Shown: positions 46,322 through 54,818, counted from the stretch's first letter. The stretch: 64,000 nt of DNA from Candidatus Micrarchaeia archaeon (GCA_049966395.1 JBMFUT010000002.1:10583-74582); one strand, 5' to 3'. Translations and numbers: made by a program. Notes: a model not told the origin generated them from the sequence alone.

Positions 46322-46900
46322 ATGAGAACCTTAAAAGCGCAAAGCGCAATGGAATACCTAATGACATACGGTTGGGCTATACTTATAATAGCCGTAGTGC
46401 TAGGGGCATTGTTCTCTTTGGGGGTGTTCAGCACCGCCTCTTTAGTTGGCACAACTTGCGTTGCAAGCTCTGGATACCTTTGCAGCAATCCCATATTGCA
46501 CGGTGGCTATTTCAACGTTACCATAGGCCAGGCTACCGGCACAGGCTGGTATAGTGCAATTGTATGCTTTGCGCCAGCCAACAGCACTGCCTCATTCTCA
46601 TCGATGTCGGCGCCAAGTGGCAATACTATTTCATTTTCTTCGATTCAGCTTTCTACTACTACAACTACCACTACCATCCCGCCACAGTTAAGTACGGTGA
46701 GCTGCCCGAGCGGTACGATAGCAGGCTTTGCAGCCCCACAGGCAATTGCGAGCGGGCAGCAGGTAAGCGCGTCTTTCAACGGCCTGCCAAGCACCGTAGG
46801 GGCAACAACATCAGGGGCGATATGGGCGGTATACCAAACTACAAGCTCAAGCCCTGTGTATGCAACTCAGATAGCAGTAGTTACACTCAAGGCGGTGTAA
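46322..46900 (+). CDS. class III signal peptide (type IV pilin-like) protein 1, with poly-Thr linker
   Basis: MRTLKAQSAMEYLMTYGWAILIIAVVLGALF: a basic leader, a KA|Q prepilin-peptidase-type site, Glu at +5, and a hydrophobic helix. There is an internal STTTTTTTIPP tract. Confidence 0.8.
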   Translation: MRTLKAQSAMEYLMTYGWAILIIAVVLGALFSLGVFSTASLVGTTCVASSGYLCSNPILHGGYFNVTIGQATGTGWYSAIVCFAPANSTASFSSMSAPSGNTISFSSIQLSTTTTTTTIPPQLSTVSCPSGTIAGFAAPQAIASGQQVSASFNGLPSTVGATTSGAIWAVYQTTSSSPVYATQIAVVTLKAV

Positions 46901-46944
46901 ATTCTTTTTCGTTTTTTGATCATTACTTATGTACATTCTGCCCA

Positions 46945-47171
46945 CAAAGTGCAATGGCAAGGTTTAAATAGGTTTTATTTGCAGTATTACCAGGAAAGTG
47001 GTTAGTATGAGAACCTTAAAAGCGCAAAGCGCAATGGAATACCTAATGACATACGGTTGGGCTATACTTATAATAGCCGTAGTGCTAGGGGCATTGTTCA
47101 GCCTCGGCGTCTTCAGCGGTGCTTCACTGTTGGGAACAACATGCATCGCTAGCAGCGGATACCTGTGCAGC
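46945..47171 (+). repeat. 227-bp direct repeat copy A (promoter plus the first 55 codons of pilin gene 2)
   Basis: Identical to 47587..47813 except for a 3-nt patch (GGC vs AGT at 46955-46957), by manual alignment at a constant offset of 642 nt. Confidence 0.85.
46961..46972 (+). promoter_or_regulatory. TATA box (GGTTTAAATAGG) of pilin gene 2; identical copy at 47603..47614 for gene 3
   Basis: Lies 35-46 nt upstream of the ATG and is conserved within the repeat. Confidence 0.5.
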
Positions 47172-47501
47172 GGGCTTATATGGTCGCACACAAATGGATT
47201 GCAGTTCACATTCGGCCAGAGCACTGGCGTGAACTGGGCAGGAGCCAATATTTTCTATGTACCTTCGGGCACCGCCGCGCCAAGTTCAGTACCAAGCACT
47301 TGCGTTCAGTCACTTGGAAGCTTTAACAGTGGTCAGTCAACTCCAGTAACTCTAACAGGCAGTTGCTATGGCACTACTGTATCTGGATTATCTTCAGTAG
47401 GTGCAACAACGGCAGGTGCATTGTGGGCAGAGTACCAGACAGCGGCCGGCGGAACACAATACTTTACCCAAGTCGCAACCCTAACTGCAAAAGCAAGCTA
47501 A
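47007..47501 (+). CDS. class III signal peptide (type IV pilin-like) protein 2
   Basis: Same N-terminal 55 aa as gene 3. The C-terminal end ...TAKAS is shared with gene 3. Confidence 0.8.
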   Translation: MRTLKAQSAMEYLMTYGWAILIIAVVLGALFSLGVFSGASLLGTTCIASSGYLCSGLIWSHTNGLQFTFGQSTGVNWAGANIFYVPSGTAAPSSVPSTCVQSLGSFNSGQSTPVTLTGSCYGTTVSGLSSVGATTAGALWAEYQTAAGGTQYFTQVATLTAKAS

Positions 47502-47510
47502 TCTGCTGAA

Positions 47511-47550
47511 TTTCTTTTATTTTTTCTTTCTATTTTTCTGTTTTTTTGGT
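47511..47550 (+). terminator. oligo-T termination tract after pilin gene 2
   Basis: TTTCTTTTATTTTTTCTTTCTATTTTTCTGTTTTTTT. Archaeal RNAP terminates at oligo-T runs. Confidence 0.45.
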
Positions 47551-47586
47551 GTTTAGCATCAACTTTATTACTGTATATTTGCTTTG

Positions 47587-47813
47587 CAAAGTGCAATAGT
47601 AAGGTTTAAATAGGTTTTATTTGCAGTATTACCAGGAAAGTGGTTAGTATGAGAACCTTAAAAGCGCAAAGCGCAATGGAATACCTAATGACATACGGTT
47701 GGGCTATACTTATAATAGCCGTAGTGCTAGGGGCATTGTTCAGCCTCGGCGTCTTCAGCGGTGCTTCACTGTTGGGAACAACATGCATCGCTAGCAGCGG
47801 ATACCTGTGCAGC
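47587..47813 (+). repeat. 227-bp direct repeat copy B (promoter plus the first 55 codons of pilin gene 3)
   Basis: See copy A. Confidence 0.85.
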
Positions 47814-48152
47814 AGCCCTATATTACACGGTGGTACTCTAACTGCAACAGTAGGTCAAGCAACTGGAGCCACATGGAGTGCAGCTACTCTCTGCTTGGTA
47901 GGCAGTGGTGTGGTACCGACAACATCATGCACAAATGTTCCTGGCGCAAATGTCATAGTTAGCGGAGGACTAGTGTCAGGGCAGACAGCAACACCTCAAT
48001 TTACTGCATATGTAAATTCTGCTGGTGGAGCAACTTCTCTGCCTAGCTCTGTAGGCTCCACATTCTCAGGCTACATATACGCAGTCTACACAGTCGGTAG
48101 TCAAAGCGGCCTTATGACACAGATAGCAACTATCACTGCAAAAGCAAGCTAA
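47649..48152 (+). CDS. class III signal peptide (type IV pilin-like) protein 3
   Basis: Same leader as genes 1 and 2. The central segment SSPILHGGTLTATVGQATGATW resembles gene 1 (SNPILHGGYFNVTIGQATGTGW). Confidence 0.8.
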   Translation: MRTLKAQSAMEYLMTYGWAILIIAVVLGALFSLGVFSGASLLGTTCIASSGYLCSSPILHGGTLTATVGQATGATWSAATLCLVGSGVVPTTSCTNVPGANVIVSGGLVSGQTATPQFTAYVNSAGGATSLPSSVGSTFSGYIYAVYTVGSQSGLMTQIATITAKAS

Positions 48153-48160
48153 TCTGCTGA

Positions 48161-48197
48161 ATTTCTTTTATTTTTATTCTATTTTTCTGTTTTTGTT
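48161..48197 (+). terminator. oligo-T termination tract after pilin gene 3
   Basis: ATTTCTTTTATTTTTATTCTATTTTTCTGTTTTTGTT. Confidence 0.45.
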
Positions 48198-48201
48198 AGG
48201 A

Positions 48202-49134
48202 TTAGCCTTCGCTCTTCTTTGCCTCTTCAATCATCTCCAGCGCTTCAATAAGCTCGTTGGCGCTTAGAAGCGGTTTCCTGAGCCTTTCATCGTCATCAGT
48301 GACCAGCCTGGGACAAGCAGTGTTGACGAAGGCATCGATTTCCATCATGTTGTTCAAGGAGTCGAAGTCGAAAGTGTTCGAAACCAGCAAGGCCGCCCGG
48401 AGCCCAGCCTTTTCTATCCTTTCCTTTATGATCTTGGCAAGCGCCATGTTGTACTGGCCGTTCTTCGTGCTAACCAATATTCCGAAACTCTTTGCATACA
48501 TCGCGCTCAATATTCTGCCTTTTGACCTCTTTTTGTAGGCCTCTCTATAGCTATCTATAAACTCTACCTTTTTCGCAAATGGCTCTACGACAAGGAAAGG
48601 CTTGGTGGTTGCGAGAAGCGCGCCCATTGGATGGAAGAGCCCTCCGCCAAAGTAGACGAAAGCGTCAACATCTCCATCTATTCTAGCCGCGCTGCCTACG
48701 TCGCATCCGAGTATCTGGCCTTCGTGCCTCGCGAAGCCATAAGGCTTCCCTATTAAAACCTTCTTTCCGTGCTCCTCGTAGAAGCGCTTTATTTCCGGAA
48801 GCTGCTGTACATGTTGGACAGTCGTCACTACTCCTATGGTATCGTGGCCCTCGAGCATTTTCAGCGATTCGGGAAGCAGCTCGAGGCTTGCGTCTATCCT
48901 GTATTCAACATATTCTACGTTGAAATCGACGCGCATGAATTCAGCATGGCCGAAATGCACTAGCTTGTCCGCGCCTATGCGCCTTGCCTCGTCCAATGCC
49001 AGGTCGCACGCTCCGAAAGTCGGCGATGCCGATATCGCAACCTCGTTGCCCTCTGCTTCGAGTTTTCTTGCGTACTCAAGAGCGTGCTGCTTTAGCCCTT
49101 CAGGAAACTGCAAAAGTATCTTCATTGCCATCAC
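48202..49134 (-). CDS. dph2: diphthamide synthesis radical-SAM enzyme Dph2 (2-(3-amino-3-carboxypropyl)histidine synthase)
   Basis: ILLQFPEGLKQHALEYARKLEAEGNEVAISASPTFGACDLALDEARRIGADKLVHFGHA, and conserved Cys residues (GACD, GCDV, NTACPR). Confidence 0.85.
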   Translation of the reverse strand: MMAMKILLQFPEGLKQHALEYARKLEAEGNEVAISASPTFGACDLALDEARRIGADKLVHFGHAEFMRVDFNVEYVEYRIDASLELLPESLKMLEGHDTIGVVTTVQHVQQLPEIKRFYEEHGKKVLIGKPYGFARHEGQILGCDVGSAARIDGDVDAFVYFGGGLFHPMGALLATTKPFLVVEPFAKKVEFIDSYREAYKKRSKGRILSAMYAKSFGILVSTKNGQYNMALAKIIKERIEKAGLRAALLVSNTFDFDSLNNMMEIDAFVNTACPRLVTDDDERLRKPLLSANELIEALEMIEEAKKSEG

Positions 49135-50087
49135 TTGAGATTCTCGTATTTAGTTGCCCTGTTCCACAGCTCGTTGAACCTTCTCTCAGCCTCGGTGTGG
49201 TTTATCCCTACAATATGCTCACTCTTTCTGTTTATTATGTTGAGCGGCGGTATCTTGTAGGCTATTGCCGAATCCATTATCATCCTCTCGTGCTGCCCCA
49301 CGGCATCGGCATCATCCATGATCCGCAATTCGAAGGCAGTGCCGCTGTTTTCGAGCTCCTTCTTGAAATCGTAATAGGCTTCAGAGAGCTCCTTGTTAAG
49401 CCTATCTCTTTTTGTAAGCACAGAAATGCTGCTGTAGTTGTTTGCATGGCCCCTCGAGATCCTGGAAAGATTTTTGAGCCCAGTGGCATCGAAGTGCGTG
49501 TCCAGTATCTTTATATCGCCATTGAGCTTTGACATGATCCTGTTTGAAAGCACTTCTATATTTGTGTAAGGTGTCTCGGGATTGACTTCAAAGTCCTTTG
49601 CAACCTTCTTTGGAGCTTTCCTCTCAGAAGTGGCAATGACGTAAATGCCCGCGACCACGCCTATGGCCGCGCCTACATAAGAGGATTCGAATATGTTTGC
49701 GGGCTCACTGAAGCTCAGGCTGAATTCAAGTATTGCCACAAGCACAGCTGCGACTATTGCAGAGAGCATAACTACTGCGGCTACAGCCCTTATATATGTG
49801 CGCGCAAATAGCCAGAGCGCGCCTGCAGCGAGGATTATTACAGCAAATGGAATTATGGCATAAGCGACATACATGGCTATGCTGAGCGATTGCATGCCTG
49901 CTATCGCAGCTATAGTGGAATTTGAAGCCTTTATACCGTATGCACTTATCGCACCGCTCAGCCCTCCGGCAAAGCCGATGGAGTATGATATCCTGGTTAT
50001 GAGAAAGAGCGCCCTGAAGGACAGCATCACACCGGATATCAGTGCAAGTATAGCACCTATGTACAGGCTCCTTTGCGTTGGCATCAA
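49131..50087 (-). CDS. membrane protein (about five N-terminal TM helices) with a C-terminal cytoplasmic domain of unknown function, possibly a degenerate PLD/Nuc-like fold
   Basis: 318 aa, overlapping the dph2 start by 4 nt. The C-terminal ...GQHERMIMDSAIAYKIPPLNIINRKSEHIVGI...RRFNELW is loosely reminiscent of HxK(x)4D...N.E...F..W. Confidence 0.35.
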   Translation of the reverse strand: MMPTQRSLYIGAILALISGVMLSFRALFLITRISYSIGFAGGLSGAISAYGIKASNSTIAAIAGMQSLSIAMYVAYAIIPFAVIILAAGALWLFARTYIRAVAAVVMLSAIVAAVLVAILEFSLSFSEPANIFESSYVGAAIGVVAGIYVIATSERKAPKKVAKDFEVNPETPYTNIEVLSNRIMSKLNGDIKILDTHFDATGLKNLSRISRGHANNYSSISVLTKRDRLNKELSEAYYDFKKELENSGTAFELRIMDDADAVGQHERMIMDSAIAYKIPPLNIINRKSEHIVGINHTEAERRFNELWNRATKYENLK

Positions 50088-50119
50088 ATCCTAAATAATA
50101 ATGCAAGAAAAAGTATAAA

Positions 50120-50689
50120 TTAGGCGGCTTCGACAGCAGCAGCGCCCTGAGCTTTGGCGCTTGCATTGCCAAGATCCTGCCTAATTATCTTGTATAATCC
50201 TGAAAGCTTTGATTTTGACCTCCTCAGCGCTTCGTAGCCTATTTCTTTCTTTTCTGAAGGTATCTTCACTTCAAACAGCGCCTGGCCCCTGCTGACTCTT
50301 GCCGCTACAGCCGTAGGCTTTCCGAATGCGAGGGTCATTCCCTGCGAAATTCTGTCTGCACCGGCCCCGGTAGCCATTCTCTTTTCCCTAAGCACGTTGT
50401 GAGGATATGTGAGCACTCTGAAGAAGTAATTGCCAGGAATCTCCCTTTCCAAATACTTGTTGGCTGCCTGTCTTGCGGCTTCTATAGCATTGCTCCTGAG
50501 CTGCACGTCGTTTTCAGCCTCAAGTATAAGCTTCATGCCGTAATCTGGCTTGTCAACACCCATCTTGAATATAAGCAGGCTAGTGTGTGGCAGCGCTTTT
50601 ATGTAGTTCTTCCTGGGCTTCCTAAGCGAGTACCTCGCCCATGCCTGGCTGTTTATCTTTCTAGTAGCTCTTGCAGGTCTAAGTCTCAT
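50120..50689 (-). CDS. rpl10e: ribosomal protein L10e (uL16)
   Basis: MRLRPARATRKINSQAWARYS...MATGAGADRISQGMTLAFGKPTAVAARV. Confidence 0.9.
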   Translation of the reverse strand: MRLRPARATRKINSQAWARYSLRKPRKNYIKALPHTSLLIFKMGVDKPDYGMKLILEAENDVQLRSNAIEAARQAANKYLEREIPGNYFFRVLTYPHNVLREKRMATGAGADRISQGMTLAFGKPTAVAARVSRGQALFEVKIPSEKKEIGYEALRRSKSKLSGLYKIIRQDLGNASAKAQGAAAVEAA

Positions 50690-50838
50690 TTAAACACCGT
50701 AAGATGCAAGCACAGCTGACCTGTGCAAGCACTCTATTATTGGGTGCAAAAGCTATATAATGATTTCTATTAAGCGCGCATTTTTCTTCTCTCTTCAGTC
50801 GCAGGGCTCGCCGTCATTGTCAATCCGTTTGCGAAAGC

Positions 50839-50856
50839 TTTAAATATTTATTATAG
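50839..50856 (+). promoter_or_regulatory. TATA region (TTTAAATATTTATTATAG) upstream of the 50.9-57.9 kb operon
   Basis: AT-rich element 35-52 nt upstream of the ATG at 50891. Confidence 0.4.
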
Positions 50857-50890
50857 TAAATATAATTTAGCAAAGTAAAAAGATGAGTAT

Positions 50891-51271
50891 ATGAATATAC
50901 AAAAAGGCAAGGTATTTCTGGGTTTCGCGAGGAGCATATACCCAAAGCTCATAATACTGGTGCTCTTTGTGCTTGGCGGCGAGTACAAGGCGTCTGTGTT
51001 CTCCCTTGACATAATAGGCACGCTCAACTACGTTCAGGCGCTGCTCATGCACATAGGTCCTATGCTGAGCGCAGTGCTTTTCATAGTGGCAGGCATATTC
51101 TACGCGCTTGGCCAGATGCTGCCTCCGGACAAGAAGGCAAACTTCCACACCGCTTCCATAAACATAATAATAGGCGCAGTTATAGTCGCTGTACTCTCTG
51201 TAGCTTCAAATGGGCTTGCAATAGCCTCAACGCACCTGCTTTCGAATCTCACCATAAACATGACAAAGTGA
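50891..51271 (+). CDS. small membrane protein with VirB2/TrbC/CedA1-like architecture (candidate conjugative-type pilin)
   Basis: 126 aa. Signal-peptide-like N-terminus (…LIILVLFVLGGEYKA), then two hydrophobic helices joined by the basic loop PPDKKANFH. The assignment is from architecture only. Confidence 0.4.
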   Translation: MNIQKGKVFLGFARSIYPKLIILVLFVLGGEYKASVFSLDIIGTLNYVQALLMHIGPMLSAVLFIVAGIFYALGQMLPPDKKANFHTASINIIIGAVIVAVLSVASNGLAIASTHLLSNLTINMTK

Positions 51272-51275
51272 ATAG

Positions 51276-52340
51276 ATGGATTACCAGCAGTTGCCCTTTG
51301 GCATTTACGGCTTCGGCATGGCAACTCTAATTATAGCCATAATGCTTTCAATAAGCGGGATAGTACTAGGTATAGGCTACGCCTTAGATGACAAGCGGCT
51401 CAAGGAATTTGGGAGAAGCGAGATATACCAGTCGATAATAAACGCCGCAATGGTAGGCGGTCTCTTGGCGCTTTTCGCCAGCAACGGTATAATTACATCA
51501 TTTATGAACAACATAACATACTCATCAAGCAGCAGCTTCTCATGCCCCGAGTTCATGTCGAACAACGCTGCGCTGTGTTTTGCGTATAATTACCTTGCTG
51601 GAAGCTCCCCTTACACTTTCATGGGATCGCAGCACTCGTCGCTTCTTTCTACTATCTCGGGCATGCTTTTCGCGCTGATAGGCCTTGCAATAGTGCTTGG
51701 CATAATAGCAGGCATAAGAATAGACCTTCTTGTGGCTTCATTTTCGTTCAGCAATGTGCTGAACCCTTTCCTTTCCGAACTGCAGCACATAATAACAATC
51801 ACTGCCGCAGCGTTTGTCGGAATATCAGTCCAAGCATCTGTGCTCTCGTTCGTGGCGCTTACTGCGACGACCGTTATACTTCCTACTGGGCTAATATTGA
51901 GAAGCTTTTATCTCACTAGGCGAGTAGGAGGCTTCTTCATATCTTTGGCAATAGGGCTTTACGTGGTATTGCCTTTGTCATATTTACTCAATGCCTTTCT
52001 TATGAACAGCTATTCCACAAGTATCAACCAGACAAGCATAGAAAGCGTAACCAGCACAGCAAGTTCATTCAGCGGAAGCCTAGACGGCATATCTAGCTAC
52101 AACTCTACCAACGAAACTTCAAATGGCGGTATTGTTGGCATGATAACTGGGGGAATAAGCTCTGTAGCAAACTCTGTCAGCGGCATTTTCAGTTCGCTGC
52201 TTGCCTTTGTCTCTGGCTTGGTAATGCAGGTTTTCATACTGCCTGCATTTAGCCTGGCAATAACATACATATCCATAAGGGAGCTTGCCAGAGCGTTAGG
52301 CTCAGAGGCGGCGTTTGGCGGTCTTATAAAGATGGTATGA
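51276..52340 (+). CDS. polytopic membrane protein (VirB6/TrbL/CedA-like by topology)
   Basis: 354 aa, about 6-7 hydrophobic helices, and a Ser/Thr/Asn-rich loop (…SYSTSINQTSIESVTSTASSFSGSLDGISSYNSTNETSNGG…). It starts 4 nt after the previous stop. Confidence 0.35.
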   Translation: MDYQQLPFGIYGFGMATLIIAIMLSISGIVLGIGYALDDKRLKEFGRSEIYQSIINAAMVGGLLALFASNGIITSFMNNITYSSSSSFSCPEFMSNNAALCFAYNYLAGSSPYTFMGSQHSSLLSTISGMLFALIGLAIVLGIIAGIRIDLLVASFSFSNVLNPFLSELQHIITITAAAFVGISVQASVLSFVALTATTVILPTGLILRSFYLTRRVGGFFISLAIGLYVVLPLSYLLNAFLMNSYSTSINQTSIESVTSTASSFSGSLDGISSYNSTNETSNGGIVGMITGGISSVANSVSGIFSSLLAFVSGLVMQVFILPAFSLAITYISIRELARALGSEAAFGGLIKMV

Positions 52341-53056
52341 TGGAATTGAACGACACAAACATTTACGCGTACGCCATATACGCTTTTGCAGTGCTTTCGC
52401 TAATTTCCGCAGCGCTTTTCGGCAGCGCAACCCTGCTCCTACTGGCGCTTGTCCTTTCAGCGGCATCAGTTATTTACATGCATTCGGGCAGAATAATAAA
52501 TGGCTTAATACTCAGTAGGTCCAGAGTAATAGAACTTTCAGGCGGCTATTCCTTGGATGGCAGCATGACCTCGGCAGTCAAAAGGGAAGGCGGTTCATAC
52601 AAAAGCGTTTCTATAGCCGAACTTAAAATGGACAAACCCCTGCAATACAAAAGCGAGCAGTTTGCCGAAATAATAGAGAAGGCAGGAGTGCCTTTCGAAT
52701 TTACCATAGGAATAAGAAAAATAAATACAAAGGCATTTACCGAGGCCCTGGAAACAAGGCGGAGGATGAAGGAAATAGCCATTTCTAACACTCCTTCTTC
52801 ATCATACGAAAGGATCAGCAGGCTCAAAAGAGAGCTGTCAATGATAGAAAACGAGATAAAAAGCGTGGAAGATGGAAGCAAGCCTGTAGAAGCCTTTGCT
52901 TACTTGCGCTCCTTCGCAACAGGCAGTGCCGCTGGCATAGCGGCGAGGGAATCCCAAGAGCAGCTTGCGCAAGTGGCCGAAATATTCAGGGCGGCGCTCG
53001 GAATAGGCTACAGCGTGTGCAAAGGCGAGGACCTTTTGCGAATAGTGGGGGATTGA
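52337..53056 (+). CDS. VirB3-like TM hairpin fused to a VirB4 N-terminal-domain-like region; ends at an in-frame TGA directly abutting the ATPase ORF
   Basis: 239 aa with two N-terminal helices (YAIYAFAVLSLISAALFGSATLLLLALVLSAASVIYM) and a soluble alpha/beta region. It overlaps the upstream gene with ATGA. Confidence 0.4.
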   Translation: MMELNDTNIYAYAIYAFAVLSLISAALFGSATLLLLALVLSAASVIYMHSGRIINGLILSRSRVIELSGGYSLDGSMTSAVKREGGSYKSVSIAELKMDKPLQYKSEQFAEIIEKAGVPFEFTIGIRKINTKAFTEALETRRRMKEIAISNTPSSSYERISRLKRELSMIENEIKSVEDGSKPVEAFAYLRSFATGSAAGIAARESQEQLAQVAEIFRAALGIGYSVCKGEDLLRIVGD

Positions 53057-54142
53057 GTGCGCACATTCAGGCAGAGCTCGCGGTCTGTAAGTAATCTTTT
53101 TTTCCTTATCGGAAGCACCGAGCCATCCAAGGCAGAAGCCGCAAAAGCATCTGACAGTTGCATATATCTTGGCAGAAGCTACATTCGTAGCATGCCGTCC
53201 TTCCTAGATCTAAGCGCGTCAATGAACCCTCACATATTCATATTTGGAATGACTGGCAGCGGGAAAAGCTACCTTATGAAGAGCCTGATAATGATGCTCT
53301 CTGTGGTTTCAGATGCGCTTGTCCTGGTAATAGATATAACTGGGGAGTACGCCGAATTTGGGGATTTTGCCGTGAATGTGGAATCTACAGCGCAGCTGCC
53401 TGAAGCGCTTCGCGGATGCAATGGGGGAATCATATATATGGATCTTCACTCCCTCATGCCAGAGGAAAATAAGATAGCAACTGCAGATTCTGCTCTTGTT
53501 GAGGCAACAAATTACATGAGGACTGGAGGAAGGAGAATGCACATAGCGATAGACGAGGCCTGGAAGCTTCTTTCGCACAGCAACACTCTCGAAATACTAC
53601 TGAGGGAAGGCAGAAAATACGGCTGCGGGCTTATAGTGGCGTCGCAAGCAGTAGAAGACGTGGCAGCGCCTCTTCTTGAAAATGTTGCAAACGTCTTCAT
53701 ATTCAGGCTCCAGGACAGGCAGAGCATAGAAGTGCTTTCTAAGAACTACAACATTTTGCCGTCTGAAATGGCTGAAATACAACGACTTGGAATAGGCAGC
53801 TGCATGCTGATACAGCTGCATGGCAAAGAATCAAGGAGTGCTTTTTTCATAAGGCGCATAGAAGGAGCCAAAGCTGACAAAATTCTAAAAATCGGAGCAG
53901 GTGACAATATGGAAGTCAGAATAGGCAGACAGGAGCTTGAGAAATTTATTGCAGATGTCGCAGGCAGCGACGCGGCAGTGATAGACGATGGGGATTATGT
54001 AGACCTGGCAGGGATGATAGCAGGGCTTTTGCACAGGGGAGCCGACAGGCACGCCATTCTTTTAGGCCTGTCCAAAATGGGCTTGAGCGACTTCGCAATA
54101 GCGGACGCGTTTTCAAAAGCAATAGACGAACCAAGGAAGTGA
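53057..54142 (+). CDS. VirB4/HerA-FtsK-superfamily P-loop ATPase (C-terminal ATPase module)
   Basis: Walker A GMTGSGKS (53246-53269), Walker B MHIAIDEAW, and REGRKYGCGLIVASQ. The conserved pre-Walker-A segment IYLGRS...LDL...NPHIFIFG lies upstream of the first ATG (53192). The start is therefore the GTG at 53057, or the ORF is read through from the upstream ORF. Confidence 0.6.
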   Translation: MRTFRQSSRSVSNLFFLIGSTEPSKAEAAKASDSCIYLGRSYIRSMPSFLDLSASMNPHIFIFGMTGSGKSYLMKSLIMMLSVVSDALVLVIDITGEYAEFGDFAVNVESTAQLPEALRGCNGGIIYMDLHSLMPEENKIATADSALVEATNYMRTGGRRMHIAIDEAWKLLSHSNTLEILLREGRKYGCGLIVASQAVEDVAAPLLENVANVFIFRLQDRQSIEVLSKNYNILPSEMAEIQRLGIGSCMLIQLHGKESRSAFFIRRIEGAKADKILKIGAGDNMEVRIGRQELEKFIADVAGSDAAVIDDGDYVDLAGMIAGLLHRGADRHAILLGLSKMGLSDFAIADAFSKAIDEPRK

Positions 54143-54146
54143 GCAG

Positions 54147-54818
54147 ATGAGGCAGAATGGCAAGAGATACCTGAATTCAGCAATAATAGTCAGGGCGGAG
54201 GCAAAGTGCAGGCTCAGCACAATAGAAAAGGCTATGGAAGGGTATCCCTCTGCCAAGGCTATTCGCCGCGGAACTTCACTGCTTTATTCCATAGAAGAAG
54301 ATAGCGACCGTTATTACGAAATAGAACTTTCGCAGAACTACATGCGCTTAGGCGTATTCTCTGAATCATCGCCCCTTTATTTCATGAGGGATGCCATGCT
54401 GAAATTGCTGAGCATTTGTTCATTCCTTCAGGGCAAGTATTCTGTAGACATTTCAAGCATATTTCCATACCTTGTAGAGTTGCTTGCAGACGGACAGATT
54501 GGCCATTATCGCGAGGTCTCAGCTGGTATACAATACACGCAAAGCGACTCCTACATCGTTTTAGCAAAGCGGATAAATTTCTTGCGAGCTGAAAAATCGG
54601 CATTGGAAGCAAAGCTGAAAAGTGCAACTGCCGAGGCCGATAGCCTTTTGGAAGGCATTCTGGTGTCGGAAGCAGTAAAGACCCCCTCTTCTATAGATGC
54701 GCTTTCAGAAAAATACAAGGTAAGCGCTAGAAGCTTTTCTTTGGCGCTTGAAAACCTGAAAAAAAAGGGATGGAAAGTGATAAACAACGGAAATCTTTTT
54801 ACTCTGGTGAACATATGA
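54147..54818 (+). CDS. hypothetical soluble protein of the operon
   Basis: 223-aa ORF starting 4 nt after the ATPase stop. It has a central coiled-coil (…LRAEKSALEAKLKSATAEADSLLEG…). Confidence 0.5.
   Translation: MRQNGKRYLNSAIIVRAEAKCRLSTIEKAMEGYPSAKAIRRGTSLLYSIEEDSDRYYEIELSQNYMRLGVFSESSPLYFMRDAMLKLLSICSFLQGKYSVDISSIFPYLVELLADGQIGHYREVSAGIQYTQSDSYIVLAKRINFLRAEKSALEAKLKSATAEADSLLEGILVSEAVKTPSSIDALSEKYKVSARSFSLALENLKKKGWKVINNGNLFTLVNI

Noticed and set aside
46311-48197. CRISPR array or transposon interpretation of the 642-bp-spaced repeats
   Set aside because: The repeats are 227 bp long, include a promoter and protein-coding 5' ends of paralogous pilin genes, and number only two or three. 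There are no short regular repeat-spacer units and no terminal inverted repeats or transposase.
53054-53056. TGA recoding (selenocysteine or Trp) as an explanation for the in-frame stop
   Set aside because: TGA terminates several well-supported genes in this window (the EF-2, geranylgeranyl reductase and 10167 genes). I saw no obvious stem-loop immediately downstream that would resemble a recoding element. Global reassignment is therefore unlikely.
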